A model generated the notes under the pieces. That model saw only the letters and a program-made list of their open reading frames with translations. It had not been told where the DNA came from and did not search any database. Shown piece by piece: positions 1 through 13,782 of a stretch of 64,000 bases of DNA. Each line of letters opens with the position of its first letter. Position 1 is the first letter of the stretch. The position numbers and the translations under genes were made by a program. Source of the DNA: Bilabrum cf. latius (Eukaryota); contig OZ237776.1 in assembly GCA_965178125.1 (NCBI GenBank), forward strand, positions 186,001 through 250,000, in the 5' to 3' direction.

Positions 1-1720
1 CGGCAACACTTCTTGAGGAGCAGCACTGCCACTAAGTTTGGTGAAAGGGTAATGATGAGCCTCGTCCTACAGCAATGTTGTTGCGACTTCACCCCTCGGC
101 AATTCAATACCACTGCTGCACTCAACTGCAAGCAGGTCGGATGACTATGGTGATTTTAGGTCTGAGAGGTCGTTGCTGGGCAACCAGACACAACCAGACT
201 CCCCAAAACTACCTATTGCATCTGTGTGCCTGCGGCATCGCTTTGAGTGTGCCATAGATCGTTTCAAAGCAATTCTGCTGGCCGATTGCGATCTACTGCG
301 TAGATTCGGCGCCGAGTTTGCGACTGAATCTCCGCAATCAATCGGTTCAAGGGATAACCAGCGCGACCCAGATACTGCGTTTGATTCTTGACGCGCGTTG
401 TTATTGTCCAAGTCGTGTGGGGAATGCCGTGGAAGATCCTATCTGGCGGCTGGCAGCTGCACTTGCTTGCTCGGTTTGTCGGGGGTTTTCTCCGGCTTTG
501 AACCATATGAAGGGATGTTTATAGCCCTACCAGTACCTAGAGCGACTTGCGGAGACGATGTAGATAAAACTCCCTACCCCTGATGTTGGGGACGGAATAC
601 AGTGCTACTGGGTTGCAGTGTCTCGCACCATTGTTGACTTGAACCCTCTCGGGTCCCGCCTCCAAAAATGACGTGGTTTCCAATGGTATAATCTCGCACT
701 GCCCAGTTGGAGTGGTCCGACGTAGCAGAGAGCACAACATCGCTAGCGACTCCTCCTCGATGATTTACTTGTTTCTCACTGGCAGGGCAGTCACTCGACG
801 CAGTTCCATGTCTACTCCCATTATTGGATTGTTGGCTACTATGTACCACGCAATAGACACGACGAACTGCGGTGTCGCCAATGAATTCGATTACAAATGA
901 AGATAGTGCAGATCCGGACAGCATACGTGTCCATTCAATTACATGGTTTCCAGTCGAAAGCATGCCCTTGCCGCCATTAAGAAACTTAAAACGAGACCGT
1001 GTTGTAGTAACTGACTATGCACCTTTCTAAAGCGGCCACATGAACAGGCAAGATAGCTGTCGTCGCGCCAACCGCACTAACAGTTAGCCAGGCGATTGCG
1101 CACTAGCGGGCAACTGCCGGCAATGACAAGATTCCAGTGACTAGTTTGCGAAATTGACCTTCCAGTGCTTTCAAATCCCAACACAATTCTTACTTTTTGG
1201 CCGATTGCAGCTTGATCTCCATGACGATCGGCGCCAGGGCCGGCTACTCGGCAGTATTCCGCCACCCGCGTCGCTACCCTTCGGCAGTGATGCCTCAGTG
1301 TCGGCTTCTGCAGCGTGATGCGCATGCACCCGTGCAGCAGATCGAAACGATGCATTGCGTTTATCATGCTCCCCGTCACCAGACTGCTGGCCTAGGCAAT
1401 TTCCCATTGTATGAGCCCTGTTTGTAAGGCTTGCCGCCACAGGGGTGTCTGGGTGCCACGCAGTGCGGAACTGGTGAGGCGCCGCGACACAGATCTAAGG
1501 CAGGAGGTGCGTACCGGACCATGCCAATGTGCTCGTTGGCTCGCAGAGACCGTATGAAATCATTTTTATTTCGCCGCCAATCAGCCTGCATGCACGCGTG
1601 ACTTAACTCGCGTCTTGCCGGCGCCAAGGATAACCACTGCTCGATGGCAACCACCGTCGATCCTGGCAACCACGCACACAGTTCACCGTAGACTTCACCG
1701 CACGGCGTAGAATGGAACAA

Positions 1721-3001
1721 TCACTGCTGGTCGCCAACACCCCCGTCGATTTTTACTAGCACGTCAGCACGCACCCCGATGGCGCAAGCATCCACACCCC
1801 TGCCCCCCTCCCCTTCCTCATCTGCATCTTCTCCAGAGTCCTCGATTTCATCTCCAACCGTGGCACCACCACCACCACCACCATCATCATTCTCGCCACT
1901 ACTGCTGCTGCATACTCCCCGCACGCTGCCCTCTCCTTTGCTCTTCGTAGCCACAGTACCGTTCTCTAAGGCTGGGTGCTCTGATTCCATGATCTCCTCC
2001 CCCTCCCCCTCCCCCTGCCCATCCCCCGCACCCCCCTCGCTCGCAGACCCAAGGTCACCGTGCTCCGAAGCCATGTCGTGCTCCGACCCAGGACCACTAT
2101 CTCCGGGTCCCCCATCTGCCGCGCTCTGTGACGGCGGTCTTGTGCTGCTACCACCCCCTGTGTTTGAAGATTTTCCGTCGTCTGATCCTGACCCTGATCC
2201 TGACCCGGAGCCCTGCCCGTTGCTGCTGCTCGTGTCCCCTACGCGCTGCCCGCCGCTGCTGGACCCACCAGCGGACACCCTCCCAGCATCGCTGCCCCCA
2301 GACCCTGACCCCGACCCTGACCCTGACCCATTCCCGCCCTTGCTGCCCCCCGACCTGGTGCCAGACACGGTTGTCCCACCCTCCTACTCGGTATTTGGTG
2401 GGCTACTGCTGCCACCGCTGCCACCTCTTCTGGGCTCATCCTCCCCCCCCCCCCGTGCTAACCCTCTCTGTCGAGGGGTAGGAATGCCCGACACGCCGTC
2501 GACGACAGGCCCTGGTCCTGCACTGGGCCCAGTCGCCACATCGCCCGTATTTCCACTAGTGCCACCATGCGTGGAAACGCTCGTCTGCGGGGTTGAGCGT
2601 AACTGAGCGCCAGCAGCTCCTGAGGATCCCACCGCCGGACTTCCCGAATCCCCTTGCTTTACGAGGTCCAGACCCACAGTGCGTGTTGCAGACTGCAAAT
2701 GTCGCTTTTGCTTGTTTCTGTTGCGAAGTCTGCGTTTCTTTGCTTTTTTCCGGGCGGTCTTCTCGCGAAGTCTCGGCTCATTGCGTTCCGACGGATCGTC
2801 ATGAGCCGTCCAGCGCGTGATGGTGCGTTTATGCGGTTTCCTGGTAACAGCTGCACCCTAAACTTCAGATAGTGGCTCACTTTGCCCATCATTTGCCTGT
2901 GGTGCCGCTCCTAAAATGGGCGGCGAGGCTGCAGAGCTCAACTCTCCATCGCGAATTTGCGCGTTGCCAGCTCGATTTAATTTGGCTTCGTTCTTCAACA
3001 T
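1721..3001 (-). CDS. Hypothetical Gly/Ser-rich low-complexity protein (TAG=Gln); boundaries uncertain
   Basis: ORF-track pieces 2858-3097, 2384-2698 and 1721-2368 are one frame separated only by TAG (2858, 2384). Ends at TGA 1721. ATG at 3001 is assumed as the start. No recognisable domain. Confidence 0.35.
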
Positions 3002-3559
3002 GCGGACTCTCTTATCTATGTTCCCCCTATCAACTGCAGAATTAGTGAAATCGAATACACTGGCGTGGAGTATAATTATAGTGCAGCGTACTAACAACCC
3101 AAAATGGCTGCAGCTCTCTGTGGTTCTGATTTTTTCATAAATCTCGCTTTTCTGGCCTAGTAGGTTTCCTTAGACTTGTTTTGGAAGCATTATTTTCACA
3201 TGTTGCCATAAAAAACAAAATCAACCAGTTGGTGCGCATTTCTTTTTATAAATAAAGGGCAGCAGCGAAGCAGATCTGAACAGCAATTCTCAGGAAGCCA
3301 TTCTAATTTTTTGCACCAACCTCATCGAAACTTACCTTGGTCGTGTACTTCAGCTACTATTTCTTCACTAGCATTGCCTTTGTACTCAGAATCGCAACAT
3401 TGCCCCATTCAAGTTGGAATAATAGCTATGATATGGTTTGGAGCGGCCAACATCGAGAACCTCGGCATTTCAACTGCGAGGACTGCCAGTGCCGATCCGG
3501 TCGAGAACCCCCGAAGAAACACCCAACGCGATATGCTGCACATCAAGGAATAGGGTCAT

Positions 3560-4531
3560 TCAAGCAGCAAACTCTAGGCCAAACTTCAAATCAAGTAACC
3601 TGTGCGGAAGCGAAATGGCTCTGGCAGGCTGTGCTGCACCAGCAGCGCCGTATACTCCGCCAGCTGGTCTTCTTCCGGTCGACTTGGTGCCCGCCTTGCA
3701 AATGGTGCCCGCAGGGCACAAGGTATGCGGATCCACCCATTTACCTTGTGATCTACATCTGGGCGGCTTCCGCGCTCCGGCTGCCCGCTCGATCGAGGAA
3801 TCGTCAGCACGGTGTCCCGAGAGGGAATCCACCGTGGACTGCGACACGGACCCCGACCCACTGCTGGAGGAAACAACCGCGCGCCCCTCTTCTAGTGCAG
3901 AACCTCCATGTAGATGGGGTCCCGTCGCCTCTATCCTATGCTTCGGCAACCGCATGGAGGTGCACCCGTTCCGACGCCCACTGGCCGTCTGCGCCTTGCG
4001 GCGCCACACAAGCACGGGCTCATTTTCCGGAAGGAATCCAGGCCGGGCCACAAGTCCAGCATGAATTTGAATTCCTCCATATCCGCTGCCACTGGGTAGC
4101 GGGCGGGGCGACGGCGACGGCGTCTCTTCCCGTGCTCCTCGACCGGCGCGATGCCAGGCGGCACGGTTCTTGGCCACTCCTTCTGCTTGCAATCCTGGCA
4201 TTCCGCTGCTGGGAGCAAATTGATCCATTGGTGAGCGGTGATGATTCCAGCCGCTATCCTCGAACCTGGGAGCAGATGGTTTCCACTCGACCGGCGTGGG
4301 AAGAACGAAATTCGCCCATCCCGTTGTCAGCGCGCTGTCACAGCTATCGCTCGATCCTGACCCACTGCCATCCCGACGATGCTGAGCCCACCTTGATGTA
4401 ATCCTTGGCTCGTGGAATTGCATCGCCTGATCCTACTAGGGTTCGATATGTCGCTCGGACGGAGACGGCTCATGTCGCCTTTCCAGTACATCACGGCCAT
4501 CATTGGGCTATACCGCAAGATCAGCATTCAT
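3560..4531 (-). CDS. Hypothetical protein (TAG=Gln)
   Basis: The 287-aa ORF 3560-4423 extends through three TAGs to an ATG at 4531 and ends at TGA. Overlapping plus-strand ORFs make strand assignment uncertain. Confidence 0.25.
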
Positions 4532-6080
4532 CTGCTTTGTAAATTGTCAGGGTGCATCAAACTTAAAGAGCGTGGAAGTTGTATGGCGAATGTGAAGTAA
4601 TTCCCGTCGAATCCCGTCGAAAACGTCCTCACGATTGGCAGCTACCTACGTTGCCCAGCCTGCTCCTGGGACCGTTCACGGGCTGCAAACACATAAAGGG
4701 CGGAATAGAGAGTAGTTCGACGGAGCATGTACATAGGTTACGGCTGTGCTTGAGCACATGAGGCAACATGTCAGCGGTATGCGCAAGCTGCTTGCACCCG
4801 TACAATGGAAACAAGCCTGCAAAGCAACCCATGATCGGTGATTACCACAAAATTTATGATATAAATGATCGGTGCGCATCTTTGTGCAATCAGTAAGGTA
4901 CTCAAGTCGATTCCAGCGCGATGCGTTCCAGCTGCCAGAAAATATGTAACAATCCAAGGATAGGCCAAACAGTGCTTACATTCTACATTCATGGATGCAC
5001 ACACACCCATATAAGTCGTTTTAGGTAAATATTAATGTATAAAAGTGTTCAGCGACGCTCTTCGCTCCAAGCCTTGGGCGCGAACGGGGGTGTTCACAAC
5101 TTGCGACCAATAGCTTTGTAGCGTGTTGAACTTTCAGGAATAATCAAGAAGAAGACTACCGAATTGGGCCTACCACAATGGGACAGTTTCGACAGAAGGA
5201 TTTGCAAACTGGCTGATTCAAAGTGCCGTTTACTCGTTGGCGAGGCCCACAAGGTCTCTGAGATTGAGGTCGAGCGTTCGGCGCATTACCCGGTCGAGGT
5301 GCAGGCTCAGAGGCAACGCAGCGATGCGGAGGAAAGAGCGTGCGGCTAATGAGGCCAGGTTAGTGATGAGGAGCGGAAGCGGTGGCCAGGGGTGGGTGAG
5401 AGGTGGGTGCAGGGCGGAGTAGAGAGGGGCGACGGTTCACCAAGCGGGTGAGGGGGCAGATCTAGCGGAGCAGGAGATGATTGGTGGGGCCATCTGATTG
5501 GTACAACGAAGTGGAAGTGGGGGGGGGGGGGGGGGGGGGGCACAGGCTGGGCACATGGAGGTGCGGGCTTCTGGGTGACTCGGATCAGGCGATCGGATCA
5601 ACCGACCACATGCGGATGAGAAAGTTGGGAGATCAATATTAGACTTGAGCGGTAACTATCCGCGAGCTGTTCGAGTGCTGAGGACCAGTGCTCGCCAGGT
5701 TTTTAATGGGTGTGTGTGGGAGCAGTGTAGCGATCTCGAATCACGATGCACATGTCGAGTAGTGGTCAGGCCGGCTTGCCACCCCTGAAAGCTCCTCAAG
5801 TGGCGGTGATTCGGCAGAGAATGGGACTGGTGAGACTCCGTCTCGAAAATGCCGTCGCTTAGAGCAGTCGGATCTATTTCGTTTGATGCAGATCGCCGAA
5901 AGATCTTTGTCATTCGGTACAACAGGTGTTACACGTCCTCGGCGATGCCAAACTTGGTCGGCCACTGGCTCCAAATTTTAATTTTCTCGCACTCGCCGCA
6001 CGATTTAAGGGCAACAGCCGACGTCGGAATACGTTTACGAGCCTGGCGACTAGAATGCAACACTCTGTCGGATTTCATTC

Positions 6081-8213
6081 GTGGATTGCCGCGAAAGCAC
6101 CTGCATACGTGACCCCTTGCCAATAGGAAATTCGAGCTGCTGCACCGCAGATGAGCCACTAACGGAGACATCGAGGGGGAAAACATCGGAATCAGAGCAA
6201 GTTCTGGCAATTGGAAAGTGGAAGCGTCACAGAGACAGCAGCAACACCGCTGCTATTGCTCCAAGAGACCGAGCAAACCCGAGCGTCGCACCAAAATGCG
6301 ATGCGCCCCGCACTTCAGACGATAACTTACCTCTACGCACCGCACCAAATAGACAATTACGAGCTGAGCGAGTAGTGCGCGAGGTAAGAAGCCTGCAGGA
6401 ACAGCCGCTGGTGCTCCATGAGCTCCGTGGCGCGGTGCACGGCGGTGCCATACCAATCGACATCACAACCGGCCTGCAAAGGCAGCCACACGCTACCAGC
6501 CGGGTGGCTGCTCCTGGAAATAGCCGCGATCATACTTCTAGTGGGACTGGTGGATCTGCCGATAGGAAGTTGGCTCACCTGCCCCTGCAACCATCAGAGC
6601 AGCCGCAGCCGCGTGATGCCAGCCGTGAGACGGCGGCGGGTAGCCTACCGAGTTCGATCGTATCTACGCCCACGGGCGATTCGAGCGGTCATGACGCTTC
6701 ATCTGGTGATGTTTCAGCCGACCTCGGCTCGATGCTTCGCAGGATGCGGGATGCGAGCCACAGCATCGCCGAAGCTCGCCTGTTTGGCACGGGCAGGGGC
6801 AAGGGCAGGGGCTCGCACCAACCCGCAATGCAGCCACTGGCGCTCACTGGCGAACTGCCTATGGGCTTTGACATCGAGGCCGAAAGTAGCATCGATTCCG
6901 ATGAACACAACAATGCGGTGGCATCAGGCTCAGGCACGAAAGTGCATGGACTGGGGCTAGCTGCGCGAGCCGCAGTTGGAATCAAGCAGGGAGGGGCACC
7001 CAGCTATCGGGGAGATCGGGAAATCAGCATTGACGGTGATGAAGCTGTGCAGCGCCATGCGGCCAAAGCCGGCAGTGCTAGCGGCAGCGCCTGCGTGAGC
7101 GCGACCGGAAGCATTCGGATTCGGATCCGTAGCCTAGTGGGCGGGAAGAAATGGGGTCTACAAGGCAGAAGCCGAGATGGGGGGAAGAGGAGGGGGCGAG
7201 GCAGTGGCAGAGGCAGTGGTAGGGGGAGGGGCAGAGGCGTATCGCTTGGTCACGTGCGGGGACCAATCGCAGCATCGCCCGGGGCTGGACCTGCTGGATT
7301 ATAGTCCTCGGTTGCTGACGCTGGCACTGGGGGTGCAATGGCTGCAACAGAGGGCGAGCTTCACCCCAACTATGCCATGCATCCAGCGAGTCGGAGCCAA
7401 GGAGCCCAAGACCAGGGGCAAGGACCCCAGGACCGGGGGCAAGGAGCACAGGACCAGGGGCAAGGACCACAGGACCAGGGGCAAGGTGACAGGCGACCGG
7501 AGGAGAGAGACGGGTAGTGGCGGCATCTACGTCTGGACGACAAGTTCTGCGGCTGTGTTGACGAAGATGAAGACGAGGAGGTTGTGATGGGAGACATATT
7601 CGGTGAACTGGGCTCGGCCGAATCAGATGAGGTCAATGCCATGCTGGACGACAGATTCCGTCGTCCAAGGCCAGGAAGAGTGCGTAAGGACAGGCAAGGC
7701 CGAGAAGAGGGCGGTCGCAGCATTGGAGGCGGACTGGTACCACCACTTCAAGTGAGCGCCCGTGGAAGCAACAGCAGCGGAGGCGTGTTTGGGGGTGACA
7801 GTCCAGGGCGTGCGGCCCGCGAGTTGAGCGAAGGCGCCGTGACCAGCCTAGAGAGGCTGGCAGTCAGGCTAAAAGCGTGGAAGACAGAGGCGGACAATGA
7901 GGAAGAGGAAGAAAGAGCGAAAGAGCGGTCCACGAGGCGGCGAGCGGCACGCAAGCTGCCATTAAGACCAAACAAAGAGTGGAGCACGCATGAACCAGAG
8001 GACAGGCACGTGGCGGCAGACGCGACTGGGCCTCCTGGCGGCAACCCCAGGGCCTCGTCCGTGCCGACAGTCGGGTAGGAAGAAAGGTAGGCGGAAGGGT
8101 AGCAAGCACCCCAGGAGGAGCCTCAGCGAGGCACTGGTGGCATGCCCAGCTAGCTGGAGGCTAGATGCACTTCATGGAGAATGCGAGAAGGAGAATGGGA
8201 TTCATCCAGCTGA
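6081..8213 (+). CDS. Hypothetical low-complexity protein, paralog of 9938-11221 (TAG=Gln; 5' end uncertain)
   Basis: 6081-7304 and 7584-8078 are one frame joined through TAGs and end at TGA 8211-8213. Three motifs are shared with the convergent gene, e.g. PLVLHELRGAVHGGAIPIDITTG vs PIVLDEFRQLMQRGKVPVDITGG. Confidence 0.6.
7398..7486 (+). repeat. 21-bp coding tandem repeat, about 4 copies (QGxQD(Q/R)G)
   Basis: caaggagcccaagaccagggg-like units start at 7398, 7419, 7440 and 7461. Confidence 0.85.
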
Positions 8214-8355
8214 TGAATATGCCTTGAAGGTGCGGCAACAACTTCGTGCGCATCCAGGATTAACTAATTAAGAGCAGGGCTACGTAGCTATCCAGGCGGT
8301 GTCGCCCTTGCGCTGACTCTCTGCAATATTAGACAGCTAGTGTTTGTGCAGATCC

Positions 8356-10021
8356 CCTCACCTCCAATCTCCCCCAGTGCCCCCCTTCCTGTCCCACTCC
8401 CTCAGTGCCCGCACCCTCCTGGCCAAGTCATCCACCTCACCGCCCATCTCCCCCAGTGCCCCCCTCCCTGTCCCACTCCCTCAGTGCCCGCACCCTCCTG
8501 GCCAAGTCATCCACCTCACCGCCCATCTCCCCCAGTGCCCCCCTCCCTGTCCCACTCCCTCAGTGCCCGCACCCTCCTGGCCAAGTCATCCACCTCACCG
8601 CCCATCTCCCCCAGGGCCCCCCTCCCTGTCCCACTCCCTCAGTGCCCGCACCCTCCTGGCCAAGTCATCCACCTCACCGCCCATCTCCCCCAGTGCCCCC
8701 CTCCCTGTCCCACTCCCTCAGTGCCCGCACCCTCCTGGCCAAGTCATCCACCTCACCGCCCATCTCCCCCAGTGCCCCCCTTCCTGTCCCACTCCCTCAG
8801 TGCCCGCACCCTCCTGGCCAAGTCATCCACCTCACCGCCCATCTCCCCCAGTGCCCCCCTCCCTGTCCCACTCCCTCAGTGCCCGCACCCTCCTGGCCAA
8901 GTCATCCACCTCACCGCCCATCTCCCCCAGGGCCCCCCTCCCTGTCCCACTCCCTCAGTGCCCGCACCCTCCTGGCCAAGTCATCCACCTCACCGCCCAT
9001 CTCCCCCAGTGCCCCCCTCCCTGTCCCACTCCCTCAGTGCCCGCACCCTCCTGGCCAAGTCATCCACCTCACCGCCCATCTCCCCCAGTGCCCCCCTCCC
9101 TGTCCCACTCCCTCAGTGCCCGCACCCTCCTGGCCAAGTCATCCACCTCACCGCCCATCTCCCCCAGTACCCTCCTCCCTGTCCCACTCCCTCAGTGCCC
9201 GCACCCTCCTGGCCAAGTCATCCACCTCACCGCCCATCTCCCCCAGTGCCCCCCTCCCTGTCCCACTCCCTCAGTGCCCGCACCCTCCTGGCCAAGTCAT
9301 CCACCTCACCGCCCATCTCCCCCAGGGCCCACCTCCCTGTCCCACTCCCTCAGTGCCCGCGCCCTCCTGGCCAAGTCATCCACCTCACCGCCCATCTCCC
9401 CCAGGGCCCACCTCCCTGTCCCACTCCCTCAGTGCCCGCGCCCTCCTGGCCAAGTCATCCACCTTACCGCCCATCTCCCCCAGTGCCCCCCTCCCTGTCC
9501 CACTCCCTCAGTGCCCGCACCCTCCTGGCCAAGTCATCCACCTCACCGCCCATCTCCCCCAGTGCCCCCCTTCCTGTCCCACTCCCTCAGTGCCCGCACC
9601 CTCCTGGCCAAGTCATCCACCTCACCGCCCATCTCCCCCAGTGCCCACCTCCCTGTCCCACTCCCTCAGTGCCCGCACCCTCCTGGCCAAGTCATCCACC
9701 TCACCGCCCATCTCCCCCAGTGCCCCCCTCCCTGTCCCACTCCCTCAGTGCCCGCACCCTCCTGGCCAAGTCATCCACCTCACCGCCCATCTCCCCCAGG
9801 GCCCACCTCCCTGTCCCACTCCCTCAGTGCCCGCACCCTCCTGGCCAAGTCATCCACCTCACCGCCCATCTCCCCCAGTGCCCCCCTCCCTGTCCCACTC
9901 CCTCAGTGCCCGCACCCTCCTGGCCAAGTCATCCACCTTACCGCCCATCTCCCCCAGTGCCCCCCTCCCTGTCCCACTCCCTCAGTGCCCGCACCCTCCT
10001 GGCCAAGTCATCCACCTCACC
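8356..10021. repeat. 79-bp minisatellite, about 21 near-identical copies, strongly C-rich on + and G-rich on -
   Basis: ctcagtgcccgcaccctcctggccaagtcatccacctcaccgcccatctcccccagtgcccccctccctgtcccactcc recurs at 8401, 8480, 8559 and onward. Confidence 0.97.
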
Positions 10022-11221
10022 ACTCGACATCCTACGAGCCAGAGATCGGATTCTGTCCATGCTTGCCATGGCTGCCTATCTATTCGTTGCCTGTGCATTG
10101 GCGTGTGGCAAGCCATCGATGGGATCCCCATTGCGTGCTGCTGCTTGCCACCGTGCCGGTGTGCTGCCTGTTGTTCCTGTGCCGCTAGCTTCATGGCCAG
10201 GAGCAGCCTACTGAGCGAGTGCTTCTTCGTCGCTTGCTGAGTCACGCAGCATCTGCTCTAGTGCTTCCGGCGCTGCCGCGCTTGTGTATATATCGCGCAC
10301 TACCCGTCGAGGTCGGGCATGCTCGCCTTGCGAATCAGAAGAAGAGGAGCACGAAGCAAGTGCTCCACCGGCGCCGTCAGCCACCTGTGACTGCACCTGA
10401 CTCCCTCCAGCTGTTGCATCCGTGGAGGTAGCAGCAGTGGGACTCTATCTTGTGAACAATGTGGTTGTCTTAACCGCGGGTGTAGGTGCTTCGTAGCTGC
10501 CAGTGCCAGTGCCAGTGCCTGTCCCACTGGCAGTGCCCGTCCCAGTGCCCACTGCCCCTATGGCTCCACGAGCGCCACCGCCACCAGCGGTGGTGCTGCT
10601 GCGCGGCGTAGGCTGCACAACATGGTCGCGGCTGTTGTCGCTGCCCAGTGAAGGGGTAGGGCCGCGAAACTTCCCGCCGGTGCCAGCGGTTTCGGCGCTG
10701 CCTGACGGGCTGTCTGAATTCGTCGCAACCGTCGGTCGGGAGGATGCCGTCGTCTGGCCCATCGAGTATGCGATTCCGTCATCGTCTCGCTCTGAACTGG
10801 AAGCAATGACACCTCCAGTAATGTCTACCGGGACTTTCCCTCGTTGCATGAGCTGCCTAAATTCGTCAAGCACAATTGGCACGTCTCGCAACCGTGCAAA
10901 CTCGACAAGCAGAGCAAACGCTCTTTCCTCGCGCAAGAGTTTTATCGAGGAGTCCAGTCCATGGTTATTATCGTGTAAATTCTCAATTAACGGCTTATTT
11001 CGGCCACCCCGGCTTCCATTTGCGCTGTGCTCTGCCGTGGACAGCCCCGGGCCGACAGCGACTGCGCTACTGTGGCTCGCTACCTGCCCTTGCGCATTCA
11101 CGGTCAACGCCCCTTCTCCGGGCAGCGAGTCAGCGGTGGTTGATGCTTGACCTACGTCGTTTTGTTGACCTTTGTACACAGGCATAAATGGGCGCTGTGG
11201 CTGATCGCTAGTTGCAGTCAT
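9938..11221 (-). CDS. Hypothetical protein, paralog of 6081-8213; its C-terminus lies in the first minisatellite unit (TAG=Gln)
   Basis: 10445-11221 and 10208-10396 join through TAGs and read on as ...LARRMSSGEVDDLARRVRALREWDREGGTGGDGR to TAA at 9938-9940. The frame is also open upstream to ~11370. Confidence 0.6.
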
Positions 11222-12567
11222 TCCAGCTTCATCAGGCGCACATTCAATCCTATTCGCCTGCGTTTGGCTTTGAGTCTACTGCTGTACGACATAATTGTTC
11301 CGTGAATCCCTTGGATCCTACTTCCCGGTCAACCTAGCACCCTCTGCTGCGTCATTGGTCGGCAATTGCCAGGATCATTCAAGCAGGACGATACACTGTT
11401 GATGCTACTACCCACCCAAGAGGCGCTACCGGCAGCGAGAGTCATATTGATTGAGATTTATCAATACAATTTGCTCCAGAACTGAACATGGCGAATGCTG
11501 GAGCCCCGTACGAAGCAAGCGTGGTGCTGTGCGGTTGGCAACGGAGCTAGTGAATTGCATCGCTGGGGCGGCGAAGTCCATCTTTCGGTGTGGATTGCAA
11601 TGTATAAACTCATGTCTCTATATTCTAGCTGTAACACCCTCAGCATTGCCTAGGATATGGGGCATGCACCACAGTAGGCAACTATGAAAGCCGCAAGCTT
11701 GATGTTGGACGTGTTGTCCACGAAAAATAGCAGCCAAGTCGACCGGTCCATGAAACTACATCAGATGCGAGCATTTTGTATTATCATGAAAGTCGTGGTC
11801 TACAAAACTCGGCACTCACACTGTGACAAGATCGCGTCTGCAGATTCCTTGGGGCGCCGTCGGGACGGAGGACCAGCCTTGTTGCCCGCCAGTCCGACCG
11901 GGTTCTACGAGCAGCATAGTCCCATATGGAATTGCAGTGCTTCGTAGGACGGCACTTCTTGAGAGCTGGCGATTTCGAGTGCTTGCCGAGAAGCCGCGGC
12001 GGAAAACACTATATTTATCATCATGGATCCATCATGGTACCATCACATTGCCGGACGCACGCCCACGCCGGGCCTGTCGCCTGTTGCCTCCGCTCCCACG
12101 CAGCTTCTTGAGCTTAAATGTAACGTTTGGTATTATTTAGTTGACTGGACTGCCCCATGTCGTTTACACTGGCCGCGAAGTTGTCCCGCAGAAATGTTTT
12201 CGGGATCTAGCCGTCCCCATCAAGCGGAGCTCTGTGCCTCCCGGGGCCTAGCGCCACCGCTGGCAGACTTGATGCGTGGTCGCAAGGCCTAGTGCTCGCA
12301 TACCGTAAGGATGCATATCCCAGACTCACTGGACACCGCTGAAGTTGTGTACCACCTTCTGCAGCATGCGGCGGTGCAACAGGGACCTGAACACTCTGGG
12401 TACAATACCCGGATGCTTGGGAACTTACGGTGGTTACAACACTGTCAGTCAAGCCAAAACGTAAAGTTTGGTGGTACCAAACATTGCCGCATGCAAGTGT
12501 GCAGCAACCTTTGCGGTGCGTCCCCAGCGCACACCGAGCCAGATTGCACGAAACGTCTGTGCTGCTG

Positions 12568-13782
12568 TCAACAGCTGGAGCCTGCAGCATGCGCTGTAGG
12601 CCATACTGTTTTCCCGGACCACCTCCGACCGGTCACTTCGACGCCTTTGGAGGCAGCCGAGCCGCCGCCGCTTGCAACCGCAAATTCAGGCCACTCGGCT
12701 GATGATCCACCCTGGCCGTCGCCATTCACCGGCTTGTTTTCGTCCTCCTCCGCCTCGTCGTTGTTGCCTTTCCCTGCATGCGTGTCTGTATCATCGTGGC
12801 CAAAGTCGCCGCCCACATCGAGCTCCCGCACATCGGGCCCTCTCGCAGTGAGCGCGACAGACACCGACCGAGGCAGCCTGGAAGTATCCAAGAACCTGAG
12901 ACCCCCTTCACAATGAATGCGCTGCCCGTGATCCCACCTGTTCTTCTTCCTGCCTTGCTTCCTCCACCACTTCTCCTCCGTGCACGGGGACAGCAGTCCT
13001 TCCATCGGACCCCCGGTGTGCAGATCCAGATGCGAAGAAGGACCGGAGGCCAAGCCGGGCCTAGTTTCTGTCCCTGCACCATCGCGAGGTTTTCTAGCAA
13101 GGCTACCTGCACCAAAAGCATGCTCAATGCCAGGCCCACTGCTCGCGCTGGCCATGTCATCATCGTGATCTCCGTTGTGAACAGAGCCAGCGGACGGGAG
13201 TGCCCAGCGGCTCGCCGCCATCGCCTTGCCTACGCTCTTCGCGTAAATATGCATATTCCCTGCTGCCGATACAGCCTCTATCTGTAGGAAGCCCTCTCGC
13301 TTGCCCTCGTCGCCGATCCCTGCACCCCGCGCGACAACTGCGGCGACGACTCCTTGCGATATTGCCTTGCCACTGGCAGTGGGCTAGAGTGGTTGGCTCT
13401 GCTCGTTCAACAATCGCGGCCGACCGCTCTCGAGTACAACTCCAAAATTTTCCATAATGGTGTCCGATGCTCCGGACGGAGAGACCCTTGATGTGGGCCG
13501 GCACTGTGCCAGTGGGCGGATTCGAGCTTCGGTGCTCCTTCCTCTGGCTTGATGGCACTTGCATGCCGGTGCGCATGACAAACACAGGTCAGCTTCTTGC
13601 AGTGAGCTTATCCCTTTATGGCCAATTACGTTGTCTTTATCGCAGCCTGCGCAGTGAAGCCCCTGGGGCGAACGTAGGTTGGCGACTTGCGTGTCTTTTT
13701 GAAGGCAGCTGTTCGCCATTCGTTTTGTCCTTTCAGATGCATGCAGACCACGGTTGACTGCAAAATATACGAGAATGTTCAA
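12568..13782 (-). CDS. Hypothetical protein (TAG=Gln)
   Basis: 13384-13782 and 12568-13254 are the same frame separated by one TAG; ends at TGA. No recognisable domain, and the gene may be spliced. Confidence 0.3.

Noticed and set aside
1376-1723. In-frame TGA at 1721 followed by a further 114-codon open stretch (selenocysteine or readthrough)
   Set aside because: No homology or SECIS evidence; an ordinary stop or an intron is simpler.
5519-5540. G22 homopolymer as another element end
   Set aside because: No accompanying composition shift or mobile-element genes; treated as a simple repeat.
8340-10240. Three 611-624 aa Pro/Ser/His-rich plus-strand ORFs
   Set aside because: Artefact of a stop-free 79-bp unit cycling through all three frames; no evidence of coding on this strand.
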